NCBI RefSeq assembly: GCF_003334385.1 | Contig: NZ_QOWN01000010.1 | Direction: 5' to 3' (one strand) | Source of the DNA: Escherichia coli | GTDB taxonomy: Bacteria > Pseudomonadota > Gammaproteobacteria > Enterobacterales > Enterobacteriaceae | DNA: 64,000 nt | Shown: positions 45,789-59,935 of the stretch, in pieces | Position numbering within the stretch: the stretch's first letter is position 1 | Layout: each line of letters opens with the position of its first letter | Notes under the pieces: model-generated | Told to the model about the DNA's origin: nothing | Seen by the model: the letters and a program-made list of their open reading frames with translations, nothing else | Database searches by the model: none | Position numbers and translations under genes: made by a program

Positions 45789-48401
45789 ATGACTCAACAG
45801 CCACAAGCCAAATACCGTCACGATTATCGTGCGCCGGATTACCAGATTACTGATATTGACTTGACCTTTGACCTCGACGCGCAAAAGACGGTCGTTACCG
45901 CGGTCAGCCAGGCTGTCCGTCATGGTGCATCAGATGCTCCCCTTCGTCTCAACGGCGAAGACCTCAAACTGGTTTCTGTTCATATTAATGATGAGCCGTG
46001 GACCGCCTGGAAAGAAGAAGAGGGCGCACTGGTTATCAGTAATTTGCCGGAGCGTTTTACGCTTAAGATCATTAATGAAATAAGCCCGGCGGCGAATACC
46101 GCGCTGGAAGGGCTTTATCAGTCAGGCGATGCGCTTTGCACCCAGTGTGAAGCCGAAGGTTTCCGCCATATTACGTATTATCTCGACCGCCCGGACGTGC
46201 TGGCGCGTTTTACCACCAAAATTATTGCCGATAAAATCAAATATCCCTTCCTGCTTTCCAATGGTAACCGCGTTGCGCAAGGCGAACTGGAAAACGGACG
46301 CCATTGGGTACAGTGGCAGGACCCGTTCCCGAAACCGTGCTACCTGTTTGCGCTGGTGGCAGGCGACTTTGATGTACTGCGCGATACCTTTACCACGCGT
46401 TCTGGTCGCGAAGTAGCACTGGAGCTGTACGTCGATCGCGGCAACCTTGATCGCGCGCCGTGGGCGATGACCTCGCTGAAAAACTCCATGAAATGGGATG
46501 AAGAACGCTTTGGCCTGGAGTATGACCTCGACATCTATATGATCGTCGCGGTGGATTTCTTCAATATGGGCGCAATGGAGAATAAGGGGCTGAATATCTT
46601 TAACTCCAAATATGTGCTGGCCCGCACCGACACCGCCACCGACAAAGATTACCTCGATATTGAACGCGTTATCGGCCATGAATATTTCCATAACTGGACC
46701 GGTAACCGAGTGACCTGTCGCGACTGGTTCCAGCTCAGCCTGAAAGAAGGTTTAACCGTCTTCCGCGATCAGGAGTTCAGCTCTGACCTTGGTTCCCGCG
46801 CAGTTAACCGCATCAATAATGTACGCACCATGCGCGGATTGCAGTTTGCAGAAGACGCCAGCCCGATGGCGCACCCGATCCGCCCGGATATGGTCATTGA
46901 GATGAACAACTTCTACACCCTGACCGTTTACGAGAAGGGCGCGGAAGTGATTCGCATGATCCACACCCTGCTTGGCGAAGAAAACTTCCAGAAAGGGATG
47001 CAGCTTTATTTCGAGCGTCATGATGGTAGTGCAGCGACCTGTGACGACTTTGTGCAGGCGATGGAAGATGCGTCGAATGTCGATCTCTCCCATTTCCGCC
47101 GTTGGTACAGCCAGTCCGGTACACCGATTGTGACCGTCAAAGACGACTACAATCCGGAAACCGAGCAGTACACCCTGACCATCAGCCAGCGCACGCCAGC
47201 CACGCCGGATCAGGCAGAAAAACAGCCGCTGCATATTCCGTTTGCCATCGAACTGTATGATAACGAAGGCAAAGTGATCCCGTTGCAGAAAGGCGGTCAT
47301 CCGGTGAATTCCGTGCTGAACGTCACTCAGGCGGAACAGACCTTTGTCTTTGATAATGTCTACTTCCAGCCGGTGCCTGCGCTGCTGTGCGAATTCTCTG
47401 CGCCAGTGAAACTGGAATATAAGTGGAGCGATCAGCAACTGACCTTCCTGATGCGTCATGCGCGTAATGATTTCTCCCGCTGGGATGCGGCGCAAAGTTT
47501 GCTGGCAACCTACATCAAGCTGAACGTCGCGCGTCATCAGCAAGGTCAGCCGCTGTCTCTGCCGGTGCATGTGGCTGATGCTTTCCGCGCGGTACTGCTT
47601 GATGAGAAGATTGATCCAGCGCTGGCGGCAGAAATCCTGACGCTGCCTTCTGTCAATGAAATGGCTGAATTGTTCGATATCATCGACCCGATTGCTATTG
47701 CCGAAGTACGCGAAGCACTCACTCGTACTCTGGCGACTGAACTGGCGGATGAGCTACTGGCTATTTACAACGCGAATTACCAGAGCGAGTACCGTGTTGA
47801 GCATGAAGATATTGCAAAACGCACTCTGCGTAATGCCTGCCTGCGTTTCCTCGCTTTTGGTGAAACGCATCTGGCTGATGTGCTGGTGAGCAAGCAGTTC
47901 CACGAAGCAAACAATATGACTGATGCGCTGGCGGCGCTTTCTGCGGCGGTTGCCGCACAGCTGCCTTGCCGTGACGCGCTGATGCAGGAGTACGACGACA
48001 AGTGGCATCAGAACGGTCTGGTGATGGATAAATGGTTTATCCTGCAAGCCACCAGCCCGGCGGCGAATGTGCTGGAGACGGTGCGCGGCCTGTTGCAGCA
48101 TCGCTCATTTACCATGAGCAACCCGAACCGTATTCGTTCGTTGATTGGCGCGTTTGCGGGCAGCAATCCGGCAGCGTTCCATGCCGAAGATGGCAGCGGT
48201 TACCTGTTCCTGGTGGAAATGCTTACCGACCTCAACAGCCGTAACCCGCAGGTGGCTTCACGTCTGATTGAACCGCTGATTCGCCTGAAACGTTACGATG
48301 CCAAACGTCAGGAGAAAATGCGCGCGGCGCTGGAACAGTTGAAAGGGCTGGAAAATCTCTCTGGCGATCTGTACGAGAAGATAACTAAAGCACTGGCTTG
48401 A
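45789..48401 (+). CDS. pepN: Aminopeptidase N (M1 family)
   Basis: 870 aa; GAMEN and HEYFHNWTGN zinc-binding motifs. Confidence 0.98.
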   Translation: MTQQPQAKYRHDYRAPDYQITDIDLTFDLDAQKTVVTAVSQAVRHGASDAPLRLNGEDLKLVSVHINDEPWTAWKEEEGALVISNLPERFTLKIINEISPAANTALEGLYQSGDALCTQCEAEGFRHITYYLDRPDVLARFTTKIIADKIKYPFLLSNGNRVAQGELENGRHWVQWQDPFPKPCYLFALVAGDFDVLRDTFTTRSGREVALELYVDRGNLDRAPWAMTSLKNSMKWDEERFGLEYDLDIYMIVAVDFFNMGAMENKGLNIFNSKYVLARTDTATDKDYLDIERVIGHEYFHNWTGNRVTCRDWFQLSLKEGLTVFRDQEFSSDLGSRAVNRINNVRTMRGLQFAEDASPMAHPIRPDMVIEMNNFYTLTVYEKGAEVIRMIHTLLGEENFQKGMQLYFERHDGSAATCDDFVQAMEDASNVDLSHFRRWYSQSGTPIVTVKDDYNPETEQYTLTISQRTPATPDQAEKQPLHIPFAIELYDNEGKVIPLQKGGHPVNSVLNVTQAEQTFVFDNVYFQPVPALLCEFSAPVKLEYKWSDQQLTFLMRHARNDFSRWDAAQSLLATYIKLNVARHQQGQPLSLPVHVADAFRAVLLDEKIDPALAAEILTLPSVNEMAELFDIIDPIAIAEVREALTRTLATELADELLAIYNANYQSEYRVEHEDIAKRTLRNACLRFLAFGETHLADVLVSKQFHEANNMTDALAALSAAVAAQLPCRDALMQEYDDKWHQNGLVMDKWFILQATSPAANVLETVRGLLQHRSFTMSNPNRIRSLIGAFAGSNPAAFHAEDGSGYLFLVEMLTDLNSRNPQVASRLIEPLIRLKRYDAKRQEKMRAALEQLKGLENLSGDLYEKITKALA

Positions 48402-48408
48402 TAAATAA

Positions 48409-48438
48409 CCGAATGGCGGCAATAGCGCCGCCATTCGG
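48409..48438. terminator. Shared hairpin between convergent pepN and ssuB (probable bidirectional terminator)
   Basis: Perfect 12-bp stem CCGAATGGCGGC-aatagc-GCCGCCATTCGG flanked by A/T-rich sequence. Confidence 0.55.
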
Positions 48439-48443
48439 GGAAT

Positions 48444-49211
48444 TTACCCCTGTTTTCTCAGGCGAGTTTCAGATTCACCACGTTGCATCACCCGTTGCAA
48501 CACCTCCGCTTCCAGCTCCGCTAATCGCACCGACCCTAATCGACGCGGACGGGGGATATCCACTGTCAAATCCAGACCAATTTTTCCCTCTTCAATTAAC
48601 AGCACCCGGTCAGCCATCGCTACCGCTTCGCTCACATCATGCGTCACCAACAGTACGGTAAAGCCGTGCTCCTGCCAAAGTGACACAATCAAATCCTGCA
48701 TCTCGAGTCGCGTTAAGGCGTCCAGCGCCCCGAGCGGTTCATCAAGCAACAATAATCCCGGTCGATGAATCAACGCTCTTGCCAGCGCCACTCGCTGTTT
48801 CTGCCCGCCAGAAAGTGCGGCAGGCCATTCCCCTGCGCGATTCTCCAGTCCTACCGCAGCCAACGCTCGACGTGCGGCATCGCGCCACTGGCCTTTAAGG
48901 CCTAACCCAACGTTATCAATCACCGATTTCCACGGTAGCAGACGCGCATCCTGAAACATCATTCGCGTGTCTTCCTGAATTTCAGCCAGCGGTGTGGTGC
49001 CCGCTAACACATCGCCTGCGGTTGGCGTTTCCAGACCTGCCAGCAGGCGCAGCAGGGTACTTTTGCCACCACCGCTGCGGCCCACCACCGCCACAAACTG
49101 ACCTGCCGGAATATGTAAATCCAGTTGGTTCAGGACGATATTTTCCGCGTAATGTTTGCTTACTGCATTGAGCAACAATGGCGTGCCCTGGTTCAGACGA
49201 GCAGTATTCAT
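48444..49211 (-). CDS. ssuB: Aliphatic sulfonate ABC transporter ATP-binding protein
   Basis: 255 aa; Walker [10 protein letters not shown], signature LSGGQKQR. Confidence 0.95.
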
Positions 49212-49999
49212 ACCGTGGCCTCCTTCAAATGATAAGCCGGGTTCCAGCGCAACCAGAGGCGCTCTAACAGCTGCGCGCTGACGTCAGCCAGTTTGCCGAG
49301 CAGGGCGTAAAGAATAATAGCGACTACCACCACGTCCGTTTGCAAAAACTCCCGCGCATTCATCGCCAGATAACCAATGCCTGAATTGGCAGAAATGGTT
49401 TCGGCAACAATCAGCGTCAGCCACATCAGGCCCAACGCAAAACGCACGCCGACCATAATTGAGGGCAGGGCACCAGGCAGGATCACATGGATAAACAGCG
49501 GTATGCCGGATAATCCATAGCTACGCGCCATCTCCACCAACCCGCGATCGATATTACGGATGCCATGCCAGGTGTTGATATAAATGGGGAATAGCGTACC
49601 GAGCGCCACCAGAAAGATTTTTGCGGATTCATCAATGCCAAACCACAAAATCACCAGCGGGATCAGCGCCAGATGCGGCACGTTGCGCAACATCTGAATT
49701 GAGGTATCCAGCAGCCGTTCTCCCCAGCGAGATAGCCCGCTAATCAGTCCCAAAATCAACCCCAGCGATCCGCCAATTGAAAAGCCAATCAGCGCCCGCC
49801 AGGAGCTGATCGCCAGATGCTGCCACAGTTCGCCGCTGGCGGAGAGCGTCCAGAACGCCGTCACCACTCCTTCCGGTGAAGGCAAAATACGCGTCGACAG
49901 CCAGCCAACCGAGGAGGCCAGTTGCCACACCGCCACGATGCCCACCGGTAAAAACCAGGGGGCAACGCGCAATAACCACTTCTTCACTGGCGTTGCCAT
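49208..49999 (-). CDS. ssuC: Aliphatic sulfonate ABC transporter permease
   Basis: 263 aa from [10 protein letters not shown]…; start overlaps ssuB region by 4 nt at 3' end. Confidence 0.93.
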
Positions 50000-50009
50000 T
50001 ATTTCTTCC

Positions 50010-51155
50010 TTAGCTTTGCGCGACTTTACGGGGGATAAAATCATTCGCCACCGCTTCGCCTTGCGGATTCAGCGGCTGCGGCTGGGGAATTTCCGGGATG
50101 GCGACATCCAGAAGCGGGAACAGCAACTCGCCAACCCGATACGCTTCTTCCAGATGCGGATAGCCCGAAAGCACAAAACTGTCGATGCCAAGCGCGGCAT
50201 ATTCGTTGATTCGCGCAGCGACCGTAGGACCATCGCCCACCAGCGCCGTCCCGGCACCGCCGCGCACTAAGCCAACGCCCGCCCATAAATTGGGGCTGAT
50301 CTCCAGATTGTCGCGCTTGCCGTTATGTAACGCCGCCATTCGCTGTTGCCCTACGGAATCCGTCCGGGCGAATGCGGCCTGTGCTTTGGCGATAGTTTCA
50401 TCATCAAGATGCGAGATTAACCGCTCGGCGGCCTGCCACGCTTCGTCGTTAGTTTCACGAACAATCACATGCAGACGAATACCGAAACGAATTTTGCGTC
50501 CATGCGCGGCAGCTTTCGCCCGCACTTGTTCGATTTTCTCTTTAACCAGTTCCGGCGGTTCGCCCCAGGTGAGGTAGAGATCAACCTGTTCTGCCGCCAG
50601 CTCCTGGGCGACATCTGACGATCCGCCAAAGTAAAGTGGCGGATACGGCTGTTGAATCGCCGGGAAGAGCAGTTTTGCTCCGCGCACATGAATATGTTTA
50701 CCGTTGAAATCGACGGTTTCTCTCTGCAATAAACGCCGCCAGACCTGGGTAAATTCCGCCGAGGCTTCGTAGCGCTCGCTATGATCAAGGAACACTCCGT
50801 CGCCTGCCAGCTCTTGTGGATCGCTGCCTGTGACCAGGTTAAACAACGCACGTCCATTTGAGAGACGGTCAAGCGTGGCGGCCTGGCGGGCGGCAACGGT
50901 AGGTGAGGTTACGCTGGGACGCAGGGCGACAAGAAACTTCAGCCGCTGCGTCACCGGGATCATCGATGCGGCAACCAGCCACGCATCTTCGCAGGAGCGC
51001 CCCGTTGGAATTAGCACACCGGTATAGCCAAGACGATCCGCCGCTTGCGCAATTTGTTGCAGATAACCGTGATCAACCGGGCGTGAACCTTCTTCCGTTC
51101 CCAGATAATGCCCGTCACCGTGGGTCGGTAAAAACCAGAACATATTCAGACTCAT
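50010..51155 (-). CDS. ssuD: FMNH2-dependent alkanesulfonate monooxygenase
   Basis: 381 aa; luciferase-like monooxygenase fold. Confidence 0.95.
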
Positions 51156-52111
51156 AATTGTTTTCCTTCCAGTTGAGTGGGCTGCCAGATGCGCTGGCGA
51201 ATATCGACTTTTTTCGGCACCAGACGATTTTCATAAAACAGATCTGCCGTTTGCTGCTGTAAGGCGGCAACCTCGGCGTTAACCGGTTTGATGGTGGTAG
51301 GAGGGCGATGATCTAAGTAAGAGGCAATCACCGGTGCCGGTAAGCCCATCGTTTTTGCCAGTAAAGCGATGCTTTGCTCGCGCTGGCTGCGGGTTAACGC
51401 ATCGGCCTCACTAAAGGTTGCCAGTACGCCCTGAATAAAAGCGCCGTTTTTTTCTGCATAGGGACGAGCTGCCAGATAAAACGATCCAGTTTGATTGAGA
51501 TCGGTGCCGTCTTTCAGCACCCGCACGCCGCCCTGTAATAATGCAGCAGAGTAGTAGGGATCCCAGATAGCCTAGGCGTCAACGTTACCTTGCTGGAACG
51601 CGGCGCGGGCATCAGCGGGCGTCAGGTAAGTGGGTTGGATATCGGTAAACTTAAGTCCGGCCTGACGCAGTGCACGCAGTAAAAGGTTGTGTGAACTGGA
51701 ACCTTTCTGAAAGGCAACTTTGTGACCTTTAAGATCGGCTACGGTTTTGATCGGGCTGTTTTCTGCCACCAGAATCACTTCGGCTTTGGGCTTCGGTGGC
51801 TCGACGCCCACGTACACCAAATCAGCCCCGGCAGCCTGGGCAAAGATTGGCGGAATATCCCCGGTACTGCCGAGATCAATACTGCCAACGTTTAACGCTT
51901 CCAACATTTGCGGACCCGCGGGGAACTCCACCCAGGAGATTTTTGATTCCGGATAGCGTTTTTCCAGTAACTGGTGGCTTTTTGCCAGCACCATACCAAT
52001 ACTGCCTTTCTGATAGCCTATACGTAACGCTTCAGGCGAGGATTCTGCAGCAACCGCAAAAGTAGAGACGCTAAGCAATCCCGCCAGCGCCAGTTTAATG
52101 ATGTTACGCAT
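51152..52111 (-). pseudogene. ssuA: Aliphatic sulfonate-binding protein gene interrupted by an in-frame amber codon
   Basis: Two same-frame ORFs (52111..51572 and 51526..51152) separated only by TAG at 51572-51574 (plus CTA); the frame between them reads AIWDPYYSAALLQGGV; signal peptide MRNIIKLALAGLLSVSTFAVA. Confidence 0.8.
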
Positions 52112-52679
52112 GGGCATTACCTCGCAGAGACAGAAGGTCAGGAACCTGAACATCGCGGCGGTGCAATGCCTGCCAGAAAGTTTCTAGCGCGGTATCAAGA
52201 CGGGTTTGCAGATTTGGCGTGAACTGGGGTCTGTGATGGTAATCAATTACTTGTGAGTCATCGGCAAACACGCCGTGCAGGATCTCCTGAGCTTTCAGTG
52301 CGCTTAAAACTGGTTTAAGGGCATAATCGACCGCCAGCAGATGGGCCACGGTACCGCCCGTCGCCAGCGGTAGCACCACTTTGCCTTGCAAAGCGCGTTC
52401 TGGCAGCAGGTCGAGCAGGGTTTTCAACGCACCGGAATAGGCGGCTTTATACACAGGCGTGGCGACAATCAGCCCATCGGCCTGTTGCAGCTGTTCGGTG
52501 AAGGTCTTGAGTGCCGGACTATCGAAACGAGCATAAAGTAGATCTTCCGGGGCGAAGTTTTGCAGATTCCAGTGATAAACCTCTACATCCAGGCCATTTA
52601 GTTTTTCCCGCGCATATTCCAGCAAGGAGCTGGAGCGAGAAGGAAAGCGAGGACTACCCGCCAGGGTGATGACACGCAT
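52104..52679 (-). CDS. ssuE: NADPH-dependent FMN reductase
   Basis: 191 aa; MRVITLAGSPRFPSRSS…; first gene of the ssu operon. Confidence 0.95.
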   Translation of the reverse strand: MRVITLAGSPRFPSRSSSLLEYAREKLNGLDVEVYHWNLQNFAPEDLLYARFDSPALKTFTEQLQQADGLIVATPVYKAAYSGALKTLLDLLPERALQGKVVLPLATGGTVAHLLAVDYALKPVLSALKAQEILHGVFADDSQVIDYHHRPQFTPNLQTRLDTALETFWQALHRRDVQVPDLLSLRGNAHA

Positions 52680-53035
52680 ACTCTCTCCTTATAACCAATT
52701 GTTCTTTTTTTTGTTAACATTGATAACAATTCGGTCAGTCTGTCGGAGAGACAAGAAAATTCCAAATATAAATTTTGTGTATCTTTTTCTGAAAATAAAC
52801 TAAAGAAAGGGCTTTATATATCACGCATATTTATTTATTGGATAGTCATTAGATGTTGAATCAATGAATTACTCGTTCAGTTAATATTTAAATATTCATG
52901 AAATCTATAAATTAAAGATTTGTCACTTATTGGATTTAGTATGCTTGATTTAAATGGCGGACAATTATTGTTATTATTAAGTCTAATGTCATTTAAAGGC
53001 ATTATCATATTTACGAAGAGATCAGGATGATAACG

Positions 53036-53575
53036 ATGAAAAAAAGTGTATTGACGGCGTTTATAACTGTGGTATGTGCAACGTCCAGCGTTATGGCTGC
53101 TGATGATAATGCTATCACGGATGGCTCAGTAACATTTAATGGTAAAGTTATTGCTCCAGCTTGTACCCTGGTAGCTGCGACGAAAGATTCCGTGGTGACT
53201 TTGCCAGATGTTAGTGCCACGAAGTTGCAAACCAATGGTCAGGTTTCTGGCGTGCAAATTGATGTGCCAATTGAATTAAAAGATTGTGATACTACCGTAA
53301 CAAAAAATGCAACGTTCACCTTTAATGGCACTGCGGATACTACTCAGATTACAGCGTTTGCTAACCAGGCCTCATCTGATGCTGCTACAAACGTGGCCCT
53401 GCAAATGTATATGAATGATGGTACAACGGCCATCACGCCAGACACAGAAACCGGGAACATTTTGTTGCAGGATGGAGATCAGACGTTGACTTTTAAAGTT
53501 GATTATATCGCTACGGGGAAAGCGACTTCAGGTAATGTGAATGCGGTAACAAATTTCCATATTAACTATTATTAA
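53036..53575 (+). CDS. elfA: Fimbrial major subunit (chaperone-usher pathway)
   Basis: 179 aa from MKKSVLTAF…; signal peptide, two Cys, C-terminal beta-strand. Confidence 0.88.
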   Translation: MKKSVLTAFITVVCATSSVMAADDNAITDGSVTFNGKVIAPACTLVAATKDSVVTLPDVSATKLQTNGQVSGVQIDVPIELKDCDTTVTKNATFTFNGTADTTQITAFANQASSDAATNVALQMYMNDGTTAITPDTETGNILLQDGDQTLTFKVDYIATGKATSGNVNAVTNFHINYY

Positions 53576-53657
53576 TAGAACTCATTAATTGTTTTATTAA
53601 TTAGTACCCCTCCAGTGTTCTGGAGGGGATATTCATATTTTTTAAGAGTGACTATTT

Positions 53658-54359
53658 ATGAAAACTTGCATAACAAAGGGAATTGTGACCGTAAGTTTAA
53701 CGGCAATATTACTCAGCTGCTCATCCGCATGGGCGGCAGGTAAAGGCGGGATTGGACTTGCAGCAACACGTCTTGTTTATTCAGAAGGTGAAGAGCAAAT
53801 TTCACTGGGTGTACGTAACACCAGTCTGGATGTTCCTTATCTTATTCAGTCATGGGTGATGACCCCAGATAATAAAAAATCAGCAGACTTTATTATTACA
53901 CCACCGCTATTTGTGCTGAATCCGGCAAATGAGAATCTGTTACGCATTATGTACATTGGAGCGCCGTTGGCGAAAGACAGAGAAACCCTTTTCTTCACTA
54001 GCGTACGGGCAGTCCCTTCAACAACGAAGCGGAAAGAGGGAAATACCCTGAAGATTGCCACACAAAGCGTCATCAAACTTTTCTGGCGACCAAAAGGTTT
54101 AGCGTATCCCTTAGGCGAGGCTCCGGCGAAACTGCGTTGCACTTCGTCAGCTGACATGGTTACGGTCAGTAACCCAACACCTTATTTCATTACCCTGACA
54201 GACCTGAAAATAGGTGGAAAAGTAGTTAAAAATCAAATGATTTCCCCCTTTGATAAATACCAATTTTCTCTGCCAAAGGGGGCCAAAAATAGCAGCGTAA
54301 CGTATCGAACCATCAATGACTACGGGGCGGAAACGCCGCAACTCAACTGTAAATCGTAA
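53658..54359 (+). CDS. elfD: Periplasmic fimbrial chaperone (PapD-like)
   Basis: 233 aa; signal peptide. Confidence 0.88.
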   Translation: MKTCITKGIVTVSLTAILLSCSSAWAAGKGGIGLAATRLVYSEGEEQISLGVRNTSLDVPYLIQSWVMTPDNKKSADFIITPPLFVLNPANENLLRIMYIGAPLAKDRETLFFTSVRAVPSTTKRKEGNTLKIATQSVIKLFWRPKGLAYPLGEAPAKLRCTSSADMVTVSNPTPYFITLTDLKIGGKVVKNQMISPFDKYQFSLPKGAKNSSVTYRTINDYGAETPQLNCKS

Positions 54360-54383
54360 GCCGTCTTCAGTTAAGAGAGCGAG

Positions 54384-58045
<3,662 letters not shown>

Positions 58046-58056
58046 CGCGTGAACGT

Positions 58057-58599
58057 ATGAAGAAAAAAACGATATTTCAGTGCGTTATCTTGTTCTTTAG
58101 CATTCTTAACATCCATGTCGGGATGGCTGGGCCTGAACAAGTTAGTATGCATATTTATGGGAATGTGGTCGATCAGGGCTGTGATGTCGCCACCAAAAGT
58201 GCATTACAAAATATTCATATTGGTGATTTTAATATCAGTGATTTTCAGGCCGCGAATACCGTAAGCACTGCTGCTGATTTGAATATCGATATCACCGGTT
58301 GTGCCGCTGGTATTACTGGCGCGGACGTCCTTTTTAGCGGCGAGGCTGACACCCTTGCGCCGACACTGCTCAAACTAACTGACACAGGCGGAAGCGGTGG
58401 TATGGCAACGGGGATTGCCGTGCAAATTCTTGATGCGCAAAGTCAGCAAGAAATCCCGCTCAATCAGGTCCAGCCTCTTACGCCCTTAAAAGCCGGGGAT
58501 AACACACTCAAATATCAACTTCGTTATAAGTCCACAAAGGCGGGAGCAACGGGCGGTAATGCGACGGCGGTTCTCTATTTTGATCTGGTTTACCAGTGA
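58057..58599 (+). CDS. ycbU: Fimbrial-like subunit
   Basis: 180 aa; signal peptide. Confidence 0.85.
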   Translation: MKKKTIFQCVILFFSILNIHVGMAGPEQVSMHIYGNVVDQGCDVATKSALQNIHIGDFNISDFQAANTVSTAADLNIDITGCAAGITGADVLFSGEADTLAPTLLKLTDTGGSGGMATGIAVQILDAQSQQEIPLNQVQPLTPLKAGDNTLKYQLRYKSTKAGATGGNATAVLYFDLVYQ

Positions 58600-58606
58600 A
58601 GGAGTG

Positions 58607-59122
58607 ATGTTGAAACGGATAATCTGGATTCTGTTCTTATTGGGATTAACGTGGGGCTGTGAGCTATTTGCCCATGATGGCACGGTCAACATTAGCGGAT
58701 CGTTTCGCCGTAATACATGCGTGCTGGCACAGGATAGCAAGCAAATCAATGTGCAGTTAGGCGATGTCTCGCTGACACGTTTTTCTCATGGGAATTATGG
58801 CCCGGAGAAATCTTTCATCATTAATTTGCAGGATTGCGGAACAGATGTCAGCACGGTTGACGTCACCTTTTCAGGAACCCCCGACGGAGTGCAGAGCGAA
58901 ATGTTGTCCATTGAAAGTGGTACGGATGCAGCCAGCGGGCTGGCAATTGCGATTCTGGATGATGCGAAGATATTGATTCCGCTTAACCAGGCGAGTAAAG
59001 ACTACAGCCTACATAGCGGTAAGGTGCCATTAACTTTTTATGCGCAATTGCGACCTGTCAATAGCGATGTGCAGTCGGGTAAAGTGAATGCCAGCGCGAC
59101 ATTTGTACTTCATTATGACTAA
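58607..59122 (+). CDS. ycbV: Fimbrial-like subunit
   Basis: 171 aa from ATG 58607 (RBS AGGAG 58602-58606); signal peptide. Confidence 0.85.
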   Translation: MLKRIIWILFLLGLTWGCELFAHDGTVNISGSFRRNTCVLAQDSKQINVQLGDVSLTRFSHGNYGPEKSFIINLQDCGTDVSTVDVTFSGTPDGVQSEMLSIESGTDAASGLAIAILDDAKILIPLNQASKDYSLHSGKVPLTFYAQLRPVNSDVQSGKVNASATFVLHYD

Positions 59123-59825
59123 TACGTGGAACAGATTGGCGCTCTTGATTTTCGCCGTTTTATCGCTGCTGGTGGCGGGTGAATTGCAGGCAGGAGTGGT
59201 GGTCGGCGGAACGCGATTTATCTTTCCGGCAGACAGAGAATCGATATCTATTTTACTGACTAATACCAGTCAGGAATCCTGGCTTATTAACAGTAAAATC
59301 AACCGCCCAACGCGTTGGGCCGGGGGGGAAGCGTCGACAGTGCCAGCACCATTACTGGCCGCTCCGCCACTTATTCTCCTGAAGCCCGGTACGACAGGCA
59401 CGTTGCGCTTGCTGAGAACGGAAAGCGACATCTTGCCTGTGGATCGCGAAACGCTATTTGAGTTAAGCATTGCCAGCGTGCCATCCGGCAAAGTTGAAAA
59501 TCAGAGCGTAAAAGTGGCGATGCGCTCGGTATTTAAACTGTTCTGGCGACCCGAAGGTTTGCCGGGCGACCCGCTGGAAGCTTATCAACAATTACGCTGG
59601 ACACGGAATTCGCAGGGTGTACAACTCACTAACCCAACGCCTTATTACATTAACCTGATTCAGGTGAGTGTAAATGGTAAAGCGTTAAGTAATGTGGGAG
59701 TTGTGCCGCCTAAAAGCCAGCGTCAGACAAGCTGGTGTCAGGCAATCGCACCGTGTCATGTCGCCTGGCGGGCGATAAATAATTACGGCGGGTTGAGTGC
59801 AAAGAAGGAGCAAAATCTGCCCTGA
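59115..59825 (+). CDS. ycbF: Second periplasmic fimbrial chaperone (PapD-like)
   Basis: 236 aa from MTNTWNRLALLIFA…; starts 8 nt before ycbV stop. Confidence 0.85.
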   Translation: MTNTWNRLALLIFAVLSLLVAGELQAGVVVGGTRFIFPADRESISILLTNTSQESWLINSKINRPTRWAGGEASTVPAPLLAAPPLILLKPGTTGTLRLLRTESDILPVDRETLFELSIASVPSGKVENQSVKVAMRSVFKLFWRPEGLPGDPLEAYQQLRWTRNSQGVQLTNPTPYYINLIQVSVNGKALSNVGVVPPKSQRQTSWCQAIAPCHVAWRAINNYGGLSAKKEQNLP

Positions 59826-59834
59826 AACAGGTTC

Positions 59835-59850
59835 GGAAAACGTTTGCGTT
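59835..59850 (+). promoter_or_regulatory. PurR box-like operator upstream of pyrD
   Basis: GGAAAACGTTTGCGTT resembles the PurR palindrome (right half-site GTTTGCGT exact). Confidence 0.5.
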
Positions 59851-59935
59851 TTTTTTGCCGCAGGTCAATTCCCTTTTGGTCCGAACTCGCACATAATACG
59901 CCCCCGGTTTGCACACCGGGAATCCAGGAGAGTTC

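Noticed and set aside
46752-47570. 272-aa antisense ORF inside pepN, and the 178-aa antisense ORF inside ycaO (10834..11370)
   Set aside because: Fully contained in confidently identified genes; no independent signals.
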